From Octopus vulgaris (lineage: Eukaryota), in contig OX597836.1 in assembly GCA_951406725.2 (NCBI GenBank), positions 25,978,001 to 26,042,000 of the forward strand: DNA of 64,000 nt, read 5' to 3'. Numbering within the stretch: position 1 is the stretch's first letter; each line of letters begins with the position of its first letter. The position numbers were made by a program, and so were the translations under genes. Shown here piece by piece: positions 25,013 through 38,719 of this stretch. The notes beneath the pieces are model-generated. The model was not told the DNA's origin, did not search any database, and worked only from the letters and a program-made list of their open reading frames with translations.

Positions 25013-27040
25013 TCATCATTTTGTTTAAATAGCCTCTATGTCTTGTGATGTGTACTTATTAGATATAGCAATTTACAAATTAAACGCATTCCCGGAACAG
25101 GTACGTAAATATTAATGACTTCTTGCGACGTAGTATTTCCTTACGCAACCATAGTATATTACAGTTGCATAACGAAATACTACAAGTCATTAATACCACA
25201 GAAAATACAATTTCTTAAGGAATTATAATTTTGGTAATTTTTCTATAAACTTTCAAGAAAATAACCACGAAATTCTTACTGGTACAATGTTGTAATGAGA
25301 TTTTTTTCAATCGGCGAGGTGTCACGCATATTGGTAGGGAGAAAGTAGCATATTTGATTGGCACTTTATATCATCGGTTGCAGAAATATAAAACGCAAAA
25401 TCGATCTCAGTGTAATTTCAACTAAGGACGAAAAGGTACGTAACAAAAACTCAGAAAATAATTTGTCGACTGTTTTACCATTTGTGTCAATCATTGACCT
25501 GTATAATATGATTTCTAGCCTGTATAATATCGATTTTTAGCATAAGTACAAGGTCTCGAATTTGGGGAGGGGGTATTGACGATTGTATCGAACCCAGGAC
25601 CATACTATTTCTGTGCTGTGCTGACCATACCGGATTTTATAAACAACGGAGCAATAAAAAGCAAAAGTCACACTGGTGAAGCCGAAACCCAAATATTGGA
25701 GGAATGAAATACAAAGTATTTTGTATGACTTAGTATGACTATTCTCTTTGTATAATACTGATTTGGTTTTAATACGCCTGTTTTACTGATTTGGTATTAA
25801 TACGCTTGGTTTATGGACGCAAGAAAACCACTGTAATTTCAGATCCATCACATATCGAACATAAGTTACGACATCACAACAAGAAAAATGGCGGAGGGAA
25901 GAAACGGGTGATTTCAGAAATTGACTTCACCTCGACACAGCACAAAAGTATATTACGTGTAGGTCACTTCCATATTTCCTGTTGCCAACGGAAGCTAGCA
26001 TTAACACAATGCCATTAACCATTATGAAGCTTCCAGACTTTTAATATGTAATTAATAAAATTATTATCGACTAATTGCCTTCATTTTTCCTGCAAGGAAA
26101 GTAATTCCAAACATGTTTCTACCCAATTTACATTTTTATTCTTTACTGTCTGTTGAAGTATTATTAAAACAAGCATTAAGTAAACGGAAAAGATTGTACA
26201 ATGCTGGAGTATGGAATTATTTAAAGACAATGGAATTAAAGTCAATGGAATCATTTACAGATTATATAATTCAAACCACTTACTGAACACTCCTACTTCG
26301 GCTGCCATCATAACTTGAAACGATTCCCGTTGATCAAACAGATAATATTTTGGATTTATATTTAACTATTTCGCCTGGAAATTCTAAAATAGCTTATCAC
26401 TTAATCAGTTTTTTACTTTATCTGCAGTAGTAATCAAAGAACTGTTCTGGAAATTATTTGCAGTAATTCTACCGCATTTTACAGTCAAAGTTTAAAAGAA
26501 TTCAACAAGTTCACATACGAATCACATACATATGAACGTAGTAACCAAAGCTACCATTCCTAGGACAGAAACGCAAAACCCAAAGAGAGAAACAGCACAC
26601 AATCTTTATGGTTTTGAACCCCATTGCTTTAAACTCCTATTTTCAAATTCCAACAACGTCCGCCACCGCCGTCATTATATTAGATAAATTGGTCTGATGC
26701 AGAAACCTTGATTATTTGAGCTAATGTTAAACCACTATTGTTAATAAATTCTGTCCGTCTTTGGCAGAAAATAAGGAGATTTTCCCCGAGGAATATATTC
26801 CAATTATCAAAGAAACACGCAGTTTCTATGGTTTTCATGGTGAGATTATTTTTAATCAGGAAAAGGCTCTCCTATCGCGTTTATTTATTCTTTTGTATTT
26901 CCTTTTTGTTCATGATTCAAAGAATTATTCTTTTTATTTTTGATAAAGAAAATGTCATTCCATTATCTGGAAATAATTTTCAAATATGCACGTATGTGCG
27001 CGCGCGCGTAAGTGTATCACTTTGCTTGCGTATATGTGTC

Positions 27041-27080
<40 letters not shown>

Positions 27081-27115
27081 CATGTTTGTGTGAATGTATG
27101 TTTACATGAATATAT

Positions 27116-27505
27116 ATAATTGTCACTAAATATGACAAAGGATTTAGAACACCAACATTGCTAGAAATAAGAGCTAAAAAGCTCTAAATCTTTAGTTAAA
27201 ACACGTAACTCTATAGATATGTACTGACAGGGACGGTAATCGCCTGAAAACACCGGTCAAGAATTCCCTATACTGATCGGTCAGTTTCGGCTAATTCCGT
27301 AGCCTCATCAGTAGGGAGCACTCGGCTCGGCTGATTCTGGACATAATTCTCTGTCAGTACATATGTAGTCACCATAAAAATCTATGGATGATTTAGCGAA
27401 TCGCTAATCTGTATCCAAAAAATTCATACAAACAATGTGTTATAATGTGTTGCCAAAAAATAAAACCATAATTGTCACCAAATATGACAAGGGTGTTAGG
27501 ACACC
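27116..27505 (-). mobile_element. Non-autonomous HHR-bearing element (retrozyme or Penelope-pLTR-like), 352-bp unit
   Basis: 38-bp imperfect direct repeats at 27116-27153 and 27468-27505; internal 17-bp inverted repeat 27217-27233 / 27348-27364; central HHR; microsatellite flanks. Confidence 0.75.
27265..27317 (-). ncRNA. Canonical type I hammerhead ribozyme
   Basis: tcccta-CTGATGA-GGCTA-cggaat-TAGCC-GAAA-CTGA-ccga-TCAG-TA-taggga; all core residues and three perfect stems present; GUA triplet. Confidence 0.92.
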
Positions 27506-27542
27506 TTTTTGATAATACATTGCACACGGCTATCTATATATA

Positions 27543-27598
<56 letters not shown>

Positions 27599-27619
27599 CA
27601 TTATGCATACATACATACA

Positions 27620-27650
<31 letters not shown>

Positions 27651-27726
27651 GTGTGTGCGCACGATTGTGTGTGTGTATGCGTGTGTCTTTATGCGTTTTT
27701 AATGTATATACATATATACATTTATA

Positions 27727-27774
<48 letters not shown>

Positions 27775-28505
27775 CACCTACATAGATGTTCGAGTGCGCT
27801 CAGACGGGAAAAGACCTTCCTTTGCGGATAAAATGCTTGGAGAAAATCCTCATCCTAGAGATATGTGAAAAGAAGGCCTGTGATGACATCATTAAATCAT
27901 TTGACGCATCCATTTTTTTGCCGTTTCACCTTGTCTACTATGAACACCACATACGTCAATCATATCCTAATGAGAACGAAATGATGGTAATGTATTAATA
28001 GGAATAATTTCTTTTGTGATTGATAGATTTGGAGTTCGAAGTCGAAGCAGTAAAACGACATAAAATCGAATGCGTCCTACGTTCCAAAAACCTCCTGTCA
28101 CGGACCGTCTTGTGTTTTTACACGTCCTTCAAGAGACTTTTCTGCCAGTATTATCTCCAGGGCGGAAGGTTTTCTCGTGTCCGAATGCATTCGAATAAGG
28201 CTTCATCCGGATTCATTCAACACTGCTTCGTGCAACATCGTTACACACCTATATATTTCTTTCTGTGTATGTGTGTCAGCATCTTTGTCTTTTAGTTAGT
28301 TTGTCAACACTGACAATGGGTGTTGCTTGTATAGATCTCCGTTAAGTAGCAGTCCGGCAAACGGAACACGATAGAATAATTATCAAGCTTAAAATTACTT
28401 GTGGACGTCGATCTGATTAACTAAACGATATTGCAGTCACCAGAAAATAGACAAAACATGTACACCAAGTATAATGTTGTTAATAATATTTATTATACTA
28501 GAAAA

Positions 28506-28662
28506 CGGCGAGCTGGCAGAAACGTTAGCACGCCAGGCGAAATGCGTAGCCGTATTTCGTCTGCCGTTACGTTCTGAGTTCAAATTCCGCCGAGGTCGAC
28601 TTTGCCTTTCATCCCTTTGGGGTCGATTAAATAAGTACCAGTTACGCACTGGTGTCGATGTG
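28506..28662 (+). mobile_element. SINE A, 3'-truncated, followed by SINE B pieces to ~29055
   Basis: Homology to other copies. Confidence 0.88.
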
Positions 28663-29078
28663 ATATACATACACGTGTGTTTGTATTTATATGTGTGTGT
28701 GTGTCTTTGTGCCTGATTTTCCCCCACCATCGCTTGACAATCGGTGTTGATGTGTTTACATGTTCGTCAAAAGAGACGGACAGGATAAGTATCAGGCTTA
28801 AAGAAGTGTTGAGGTCGAATCATTCGACTGAAATTTCTTATGGCTATGCCCCAGCATGGCCACTGCCTAATGGTAAAAGATAAAATATCGACAAACTGCT
28901 GGTTCAATTTAAGAATAACGATGATAATCCTTTCTACTCTACCCACATGGCTTGAAATTTTGAAGAAGTGGTTATTGTAGAAGACACTTGCCCAAAGTGC
29001 CACGCAGCAGGACTGAACCCGGAACCATGTGGTTGGGAAGCAAACCTTTTACTGCAATGTTGATATAGAGTTATAAAG

Positions 29079-29306
29079 CGGCGAGCTGGCAGAAGCGTTA
29101 GCCCGCCGGGCGAAATGCTTCGCGGTATCTCGTCTGTCGTTACGTTCTGAGTTCAAATACCACCGAGGTCGACTTTGCCTTTCATCCTTTCGGGGTCGAT
29201 AAATAAAGTACCAGTTTTGCACTGGGGTCGATGTAATCGACTTAATCTCTTTGTCTGTCCTTGTTTGTCCCCTCTATGTTTAGCCCCTTGTGGGCAGTAA
29301 AGAAAT
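29079..29306 (+). mobile_element. SINE A, full length
   Basis: 16-bp TSD atatagagttataaag at 29063-29078 and 29307-29322. Confidence 0.93.
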
Positions 29307-29637
29307 ATATAGAGTTATAAAGGGGAACTTTCTTCTTTTATTCTCTCAGAACAAGATCTGACAGGAAGAATTTCATTGGCCAGCAGAGAAGCTCTGACAG
29401 TTGTATGAACGTGAAATATCTGGACAACAGTTGTGTGCGGTTAGAAAATTGAACAAAACATTGAAAAAATTCATCGATGCAAGAATGAAATTTAACTGTC
29501 AATATTTACTCAATCGATGGATTTCTAAATAAATGATCGAACGAAGAAATAGTGATGCGTGTTGACGTGAATGCATGAATACAAACAAGAAGGCGGAGAT
29601 AAGAAAAGAGAAAAGCTTAAGAATATAATATAAATAC

Positions 29638-29739
<102 letters not shown>

Positions 29740-29884
29740 CAAAGAAAGCGGAGAAGGATATGCGCAACCATTGATAGCATCAATGTTGCTCCGCACTGTT
29801 GGTTGGAACGATGATGTCAAGAAATGTCGAAATCAATCGTGTCAGGTCTCCAGTTGACGGCTAAAGAAGAGGAATGCATCGAAG

Positions 29885-29886
29885 CA

Positions 29887-29929
<43 letters not shown>

Positions 29930-29940
29930 ATGTATGTATG

Positions 29941-29984
<44 letters not shown>

Positions 29985-30006
29985 TGTGTATTTGTATGTA
30001 TGTATG

Positions 30007-30039
<33 letters not shown>

Positions 30040-30058
30040 ATGTATGTGTATTTGTATG

Positions 30059-30091
<33 letters not shown>

Positions 30092-30264
30092 GTATGTATG
30101 TATGTATATGTATGTATGTATGTATGTATGCATGTATGTATGTATGAATATAAGTGTAAATATACAAATGCATGAATATATACATATATATATATAAAAT
30201 ATATATATATGTAAATATATATATATATACATATGTGTGTATACATATATGTCTATATATATGA

Positions 30265-30317
<53 letters not shown>

Positions 30318-30365
30318 TATACATTTATATGTATGTATATACATATATGCATATATTATATACAT
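29885..30365. repeat. Compound (TG)n/(TA)n/(TATG)n microsatellite
   Basis: Direct reading. Confidence 0.95.
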
Positions 30366-30926
30366 GCATATAAATAAACATATACATGTGTGAGTGTGTG
30401 TATCAAGGGGAACCCATTAATATGTGATCAGCCTTGTTAAGAAATAAAATTTGCCATGTTGAATTATAACTGCCAAAGGCTGTTACATTAGAAAGTGAAA
30501 TAAATTCACCTGACTTCAATGTTGAATAATTTAACCCCTCCTCGTTCCCGTCTGCTGTGTGCATCATATTGAGAGCAACCTATACACGTATGACCACCTC
30601 TTTTGCTTGTATAACTCCTCCTATACCCACAGAACTCTTTGTATTGGTCATACTGACCTCCACCACCACCATCACATTCACGCAGCACCTTTTGAGCGCT
30701 TATTATCACAGGGTAATTTGTGTGAGTGTACGTGAGTGTACGCGTGCTCGTGTGTGTGTGTGTGTGTGTATCTGTGTGTGCACGTACCTATGTGTATGTG
30801 TGAGGATATAAAAATACCCTTTTCTGGTATTAGTGATTCGTAACCCTTGTAATATTACACCCGATCCCCTAGAAAAACAAAAAGAAAAGCACAAAAAGTA
30901 CATTGGGTAAATAGAGTAACTCTAGA

Positions 30927-31164
30927 CAGAGGGTTCTCATCCATTTTTTATCTATGGACCCTTTTGATTATTATTTTATTCTTGTGGACTCCCATAACCA
31001 TTTGATGCTTCAGAAATTCTTTTATATTAAATATTAGGAACTATATTTTTTTTTAAATGACTAAAATATTTTCGTATTGTAGAAGTATAGCCAAAGATAA
31101 ACTTTAACAAGAAAATCTTACATGGAACCTCAAGAGCCATATGCATCCTGGCTGAGAATCACTG
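30927..31164. mobile_element. hAT (Charlie-type) MITE; partial second copy at 31908-32090
   Basis: TIRs cagagggttctcatcc / ggctgagaatcactg, TCTAGA-like target site; tatggacccc..ttgatta..ttcttgtggac shared with 31936-31975. Confidence 0.7.
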
Positions 31165-32142
31165 TTCTATACTCAAGAAGTGGGGGAAAAGACGAGCGAC
31201 ATATGATGATGTCTTCAAGACGTTTGACCCGACGGTTGCTGGAACAGGGAACAACCAAAGCAGATCAGTATTCGTGTAGTTAACCATTTACTGTAAATAT
31301 AACTACGATGGGAACTCTAATTTCAAATCAGAATTTTTTAAGGAAGATCCGCCATCATTATCTTACTGATTCTACCAAATAAAACTACATTAAACGTCTT
31401 TTTTTTTTTTTCAAGAATATTAATGGCAGTCGAAAATATAATCTCATCCCCATCAACTAGAACGGATAGGACGCCGGATAGGATCTTATGTAAGATATTC
31501 GTCGCTATTTACATTACTGATTAGCCATGGAGGCTATTAACGTAAAAATTCTGTTTAAAGACGACAAAATCAATCAATACAATCATAATTGATTATTATT
31601 TTCCTTGTCTGCAGAAATCTCTCTGGAGGCAACGACTGGTCTATTTCGGAAAGTTCTTTTTAATTAAAAATCATGAAAATCGAATGAGCTGATGTCTGAT
31701 TACTATTTCTCATCGTCTCATAAATTGTTATGAAGATGTCTGACTGATAGACAGATCAGTTATTTTTACATTTTACAAAACTATCTTCTCTCTTTAACTC
31801 TCCGAAACCCATTGATGCTTTGTGTGATACAAACAAGGACATAACATGTCACCTTCGTTAACATCAGCAAAATCTCCCTGAGTGTTTCCGAAATCAATCT
31901 GTTAAAACAGGGTTTCACGACCATGTTTATTGTTTATGGACCCCCTTTGATTAATATTTTGTTCTTGTGGACCCCAACAGCCATTCAATATTTCAAAACT
32001 AGTTTTATAGACGCTTCTTTCAAAATTCCCATTTCGCTTTCCTCACATTCACTTGTGTAAGTTGAACCTCGGAAAGTATTAGAGGAAGAAACCTAACTCT
32101 CTCTTGCAATAAATACCAATACATGCATTCTTCTTCTTCTTC

Positions 32143-32177
<35 letters not shown>

Positions 32178-32289
32178 GTTATTATTATTACTATTATGTT
32201 ATTTTTAGTATTATGAAAAGCGATGGAGTTACAGAAACTGCGGGTTGCATTGCCGCACTTATGTACTTTACGTTGCAAGTTGAAATCGC

Positions 32290-32363
<74 letters not shown>

Positions 32364-32380
32364 CACACACACGCACACAT

Positions 32381-32530
32381 TGTGTGGTAAAGAACTTGCT
32401 TCCCAGGTACATGGTTCTGGGTTCAGTCCCATTGCGTGACACCTTGGACATGTCTCTTCTAATATAGCCTTGGGCTGAGCAAAGCTTTGTCAGTAGATTT
32501 GGTAGATGGAAACTGAAAGAAGCCTGTGGT
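32381..32530 (+). mobile_element. SINE B, 5' half
   Basis: Homology to 8263 copy. Confidence 0.85.
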
Positions 32531-32544
32531 ATATATATATATAT

Positions 32545-33326
32545 ATACGACAGTTGTCGCGAAAATCGGACAACTGATTATTGAGATATTAGGGGTTTTT
32601 GGGGTATGAATACCCAAATCTGTGCATAGTCGGAAAATTCTCCGAAAATAACTTAACCCTGAAAGGGAAGAAACTTTTACCTTTCGATTAGACACAGTGA
32701 CTGAACAACGAAAAAATACGATTTTTTTTTTACTGTATATGTTTCTATTTTCGCTTTTGTTAAACTCAATATTTTAATCATTTAGAAATATTTTTAAGTG
32801 AATGTGATTTCAAAAATGTAAGCTGTTTGTACATTAAGTATTTATATTTTGGCCTTCTTTAAACAGACAATATCTTAATGTTTTTTAGAAATTATTTTTA
32901 AGTGAATACCATTCCTAAATATATTGTTATGTAAAAAATGACTTTAAAAATACGGTAAATATTTCGTAGAAGACCCGTTCGTAACTTTGGGGTGAAATAA
33001 TTTTTTCCATAGGTATTTTTCGAGTACATTCAACGTATCTCACCTCCAAAGATTTGACTACTATTTCTAGCACGCCCTGCTTGCACGTAACTGTTATTTG
33101 CGATAAAGGACGCGAAATAACTGTTACATGGTAGAAGCCCATGTAAAAAATAGCAGGCAAATCTTTCCTTTTCTGGGAAAAGAATCCGTTTACGCGTGAT
33201 TTCCAAGTCACATACGTTGAAAACATGCGAAATAATTTGGAAAAGTACATAAAATCCACGGAACAAAACTCTGTTGCTGGGAAACTCAGAGTTTCCCGGT
33301 GACCCAACGGGTCATGGGCAGCCTAG
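32545..33326 (+). mobile_element. Non-autonomous Helitron-like element (5' end uncertain)
   Basis: 3' hairpin tgaccc-aac-gggtca (33300-33314) followed 8 nt later by CTAG|T (33323-33327); (TA)-rich flanks. Confidence 0.6.
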
Positions 33327-33354
33327 TGTATATATAGGCATAGCTATAGATATA

Positions 33355-33397
<43 letters not shown>

Positions 33398-33399
<2 letters not shown>

Positions 33400-33538
33400 C
33401 GGGCTTTTCCACTCACAAAGCTTTGGTCAGGCCAAGGCTATAGTCGAAGACAACTGCCCAAGGTGCAACGCAGTGGAACTGAACCCTGAACCATGTTGTT
33501 GGAAGCAAGCTTCTTACCACACGCCCACGCCTGTGTCT
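33398..33538 (-). mobile_element. SINE B, 5' half
   Basis: Homology to other B copies. Confidence 0.85.
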
Positions 33539-34970
33539 ATACACACACATACTCATATATATATATACATACACACACATAAATGCGAACATACACACAC
33601 ACCACACAAAAAGGGGACGCACACGCGCATTATCAATCATCATAGGAACTTGTAATCCAGATGTCATAACGAGAAGGAATTCAATGTCGACCGTTCGATT
33701 TTTTAAAAATATTATATTGAACCAGATCGATTGGCTACTTTTGGCTGACATCTGATTTGAGTGAGCCAATCACTGTAGAGTTAATAATTTACCCAGGAAC
33801 CCAGCACACAACATATCTGCTGCATGTTTGAACTCCCGACCTTTGCCAACGTAGTCTCATATTTTATCGACTCCATTTTATCCACAAATATTTTCGAGAC
33901 AAACAAATCCTTTCTTTTAGACTCTAATTAGTTCCAGCAGTAGGGTTGTGGCCATGCTTGAACACCTAGTCTTTTAATACATTAATCTGTTTATTTAACA
34001 CAGGTGGCAAAATGATTAGGTTTGGTGGATTTAGAGTTAAGATCAGGCGCGGGATTTGAACAGGAAAATAAGTACTGGGCTTACAAAGAATAAATCCTGG
34101 GGTAGATTTGCTCGACTAAAGGTGGTACTCCAGCATGGCCGCAGTCAAATGACTGAAGCAAGTAAAAGAATAAAAGAAAAAGAAAGTAGCAAATATAGAA
34201 TTCTTTATTTTATTATTTTTTTTTTTATAGACTCACATAGGAAATAAAATGACTGCAACTGGGATTTGAAACTGCTCTGAGGTTTTTTGCTACAGTTTTA
34301 CCCAAACGATTTGTAATTTAGATACTAGATCTACGTATTTGCGGTTTATAGTCGATAAAATAGACCCCAAAATATGACTGGTAATTGCTTTTAACGCTCT
34401 CGGGAAGATAAAACGCCAAATCGATCTTGGTGGGACTTAAACCCAGAAGATATAAAAGATGAAACTAAATACTACAATGCACTTCGTCCGCTGCGCCCTC
34501 TACCGACCCTTTTATAGGGACAATAACATTGATTTCTCTTTATAAGGCAGAAACCCGCTTTCTATGAAAATTGTGTCACAAGTTAATAATCGATCGAATC
34601 AATAAATAACAGTTATTTATTTTCTCAACGATCAACGTGTAATGATGTCCCTATTGTAATTAGTAATATTATTGTAATTAGTAGCGATACTACTGAGAAG
34701 TTGCGGGGGCGGGGCGATGGAGTGACAGGATTGGTTGAATAAAAGACTAAAACCAGTCTTTATAACATCTGAACACATATCAAGGAGATATCGATCTGCT
34801 GGGGCAACGGATGTTATAGTTTACCGCCTCAGCCATTAACAGCGACAGCGTCCGTCTGTTTACAAAAACAGGACAGCAAGTGAGAATGTGTGGCTCTCAT
34901 GCTTCTCTGAAATACATTAACGACGTGAATTAAGTAAAGTGGAAATGCTTGGTAGATGCCTGGATACCTC

Positions 34971-35381
34971 CTTACTCTTTTACTTGTTTCAATCATTTGA
35001 CTGCGGTCATGCTGGAGCAACGCCTTAGTCGAGCAGATCGACCCCAGGACTTGTTCCTTGTAAAGCCTAGTACTTATTCTATCGGTCTCTTTTGCTGAAC
35101 CGCTAATTTGCGGGAACGTAAACAGACCAAAATGGGTTGTCAAGCGATGTTGGGGGGACAAACACAGACACACAAACATGTACACACACATACATATCTT
35201 ATAATAACATATATACGACGGGCTTCTTTCAGTTTTCGTCTACTAAATCCACTCAAAAGGCTTTGGTCGGCCCGAAGCTATAGTAGAAAACACCTGCCCA
35301 AGGTGCCACGCAGTGGGAGTGAACCCGGAACCATGTGGTATTTAAGCAAGCTACTTACCACACAGCCACTCCTGCGCCTAT
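34971..35381 (-). mobile_element. SINE B, full length
   Basis: Homology to 45071-45491. Confidence 0.9.
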
Positions 35382-35394
35382 AAATTTTTGTCGA

Positions 35395-35544
35395 ATAAAT
35401 TGTCCCCCAGTACTTGCTATTTTTTAAATCTTCATTATGACTGGGACTTATTCTATCGGTCGCTAAGTTATTGGACGAAAACTAACCGACACCAGTTGTC
35501 AGACGGGGCGACAAGCATAAATACAAATGCAAACACACACACGG

Positions 35545-35590
<46 letters not shown>

Positions 35591-35775
35591 ACGCACACAC
35601 GCACACACGCGCACACACACGGCGGTCTTCTTTCAGTTTCCGTCAACAAAGTTTCCTCACAATGCATTAGTCGGCCCGAGGTTATAGTAGAAGACACTTG
35701 TCCAAGATGCCATACAATGGGACTGAACCCGGAACCATATGGTTGGAAAACAAGCTTCTTACCACACAACCACGC
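35395..35775 (-). mobile_element. SINE B, diverged
   Basis: Homology to other B copies. Confidence 0.8.
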
Positions 35776-36034
35776 CAATACAGCAAGCATTTCTCAGTAT
35801 TAATTTTGTTTCAGTAATTACTTTAAAAATAAATCATTAATCAGATTAATCTCTTGTGATGTTGTCGCAATAATTTACTGAAATGCATCTCTAGCCAATC
35901 TATATACCGGTCATCATCAGTCATTAATCTTTTCGAATTTTAAGGATTATTTTTTTTCTTTTTAATATTTATGATTAAATTTCTTTCTCACAAATAAAGA
36001 TTTGAATTTTTTTTTCTCAGTGACAGCATTTTTT

Positions 36035-36235
36035 TTAGGGGTGGGGGAATCGATTACATCGACCCCAGTACTTGGCAGGTACTGCTTTTATCGACCCCAG
36101 TACTTGACAGGTACTGCTTTTATCGACCCCGAAAAGATGAAAGGCAAAGTTGACCTCGGTGGAATTTGAACACAGAACGTTAAGACAGCTAAGCACGTTG
36201 ATCGGCGTGCAAACGGTTCTACCAGCTCGTCGCCT
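36035..36235 (-). mobile_element. SINE A with internal 31-bp duplication
   Basis: tcgaccccagtacttg(g/a)caggtactgctttta repeated twice. Confidence 0.82.
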
Positions 36236-36340
36236 TTCTCACAATTAATAAGAAGAATGTCTATGAACGCCAAGTCTGAAGTATGGAAAGGAAGAAGAAC
36301 CACAATTCACGTGTTGTTACAACTGTAAGAAGTAACATAT

Positions 36341-36704
36341 CTATTTCTTTACTACCCACAAGGGGCTAAACACAGAGGGGACAAACAAGGACAGACAAAG
36401 GGATTAAATCGATTACATCGACCCCAGTGCGTAACTGGTACTTAATTTATCGACCCCGATAGGATGAAAGGCAAAGTCGACCTCAGCGGAAATTGAACTT
36501 AGAACGTAACGGCAGACGAAATACCTGTTTCTTTATTACCCACAAGGGGCTAAACATAGAGGGGACAAACAAGGACAGACAAAGGGAGTAAATCGATTAC
36601 ATCTACCCCAGTGTGTAACTGGTACTTAATTTATCGACCCCGAAAGGATGAAGGGCAAAGTCGACCTCGGCGGAATTTGAACTCTGAACGTAACGACAGA
36701 CGAA
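36341..36704 (-). mobile_element. Headless SINE A dimer bounded by one TSD pair
   Basis: 16-bp TSD gtaagaagtaacatat at 36325-36340 and 36705-36720. Confidence 0.92.
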
Positions 36705-37103
36705 GTAAGAAGTAACATATTGACAAACTGAGGTATACTTGGACTAGACCTGACCTGAAAGAGCACAAAAGAATGGACGGTACTAAGGACACCAAAGATC
36801 AGATGTTGGTGGTAAAAGGAGCAAAGAATTTTGTGTCTTTGAAGATCGGACACGGTCCAACGAGTAGAGACACAAAAGACTTTCTTTAAGCATTATTATA
36901 CTAAAAGGTGCCTCGTGGTAGGAGCGAACCAAGACCCAAGTGACTGCAAAGTGAACTTCTTCACACCATGGCTATGATTACACCCCTAATTTAATTCTCT
37001 TCAAAGTCAAACCCCGCAACTTGTTTCGGACATAAGAGCGTCTGACGTGGATTCCAATGGACACTCCATACACCGACATACAACATAATACACAATAGGA
37101 AAT

Positions 37104-37165
<62 letters not shown>
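37104..37165. repeat. (GAAA)n microsatellite
   Basis: Direct reading. Confidence 0.95.
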
Positions 37166-37166
<1 letters not shown>

Positions 37167-38563
37167 GGAAGGCGATGTAGAATAAGCTTAAAAAGTATTT
37201 TGTCTCCTGATACATAGAAAGCTTTCTGTACATGAGACATACATGATGACGACTAGTCTGTGCGATTTATCTGATATTTCAGCGAACAACAATACAATTT
37301 CTACAGCATTGAGTTTCAGCTATTTTGACATTTGCTGAGAGAGAAAAACGTCAAACTATGTGTGTGACTGGTTAAATGGTAAAACATGGCCGACATTGCT
37401 CAACGTCAAATGCAATGGAAAGGAAGCGAGCAGATCCATTGACATGCAACATACGCAACTGTTTTCTATACATGCGAAAGCGTGTGTGTGTGTGTGCGTG
37501 TGTCTGTGTGTGTATGCATGTGTACATGTGTGTGTGTTTGTGTGTGTGTGTGCGTATCCGTACTTCTCTATGGAATTTCCTGAACAGTCGAAATAACTGA
37601 GACACACGTAAATGCATTTGTGAATGTAGGTGAGTTGTGTGTGTGTACGTCACACATCCAGGTGTGTGTGTGTGTATGTGGTAAGTGCTGTCTGTGTGTG
37701 GATGGATGGATGGATGGATATGTATGTGTGTGTGTGTGCATATGTATGCTTATATGTATATCTATGTCTGTGTGTGTGAATGGTTATGTGTGTATGTGTC
37801 TATGTATGAATACTTCTTACAACTGTGCGCTTTCAACAAAGACGAAAGGTTGTCAGGCATGTGTTGTCTGGGGTAGGCCATCTCTAGGCTAATACTGAGA
37901 CCAAATATCTTACTATACAGATGCAGAAATACGATCCAAAAGAACTTGCTTTATGTGCAACTAAATCGCAGTCCTCTGCATTAAAAAAATCACGAATAAA
38001 GGAGTGAACGACATATGCGTTGACAGCAAAACACAGCAAGCGGAAGGGACTAACAGAACATCGCTGCCTCATGTTAGATTCCAGAATGCCTCACATGTAT
38101 ACCAGAATACCGCACAAACATCCCAGATTACCTCACAAATAGCCAAGAATAGCTCACATATAATACAGAAGAGCAAGAAAATCATGAAATAGAGCAGTAG
38201 TAAATTAGAAGAGAAATAGACTTGGAGTAAGGATGTCACCGTTTTGACAGCATTTTCCTACAAGAATGGATCCCCATCGTCTTCACACTGACATTGATCC
38301 TTGCTACCATTTCATCGTGAAATGGTTTAATTATTGATGCAGATTTGATCTGAACAACCATATATGCAAAGCATTTTCAACAGAGATGCTTTAATTACAG
38401 TACGAAGGCTTCTGTTTGTTGAAGAAGAACCTAGAAAAGATCTGTTTTGTTCATAACGCCTTGTTTTCATATATCTTACTGTAAAGATCACAGCATTTGT
38501 TTATCTCGCTGGGCAACGTACTCAATCGTTTTGACTTTGTAGATCGGGATCACTTCTCTAAGA

Positions 38564-38710
38564 CAGGAACGGGCAATCTTTTTGAAGACGCGGCTCGTAT
38601 AAGACATGGATAAACATCAGGCAGGCCGCACTGGTAAAAGAAATCAATTTAATTTTCCATTTAGGTGTGACACTCAGAAAGTCTCAAGGGTCGCAGTTTG
38701 CCTATGATTG
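38564..38710. mobile_element. hAT (Charlie-type) MITE, 147 bp
   Basis: TIRs caggaacgggcaa / ttgcctatgattg, subterminal gggtcgcagtttgcc; 8-bp TSD-like ctctaaga / ctatatga. Confidence 0.7.
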
Positions 38711-38719
38711 CTATATGAC

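Noticed and set aside
28040-28240. Possible Tc1 transposase remnant on the minus strand (GRVK..RDRRFLER)
   Set aside because: Single short frameshifted motif with no TIR or DDE support
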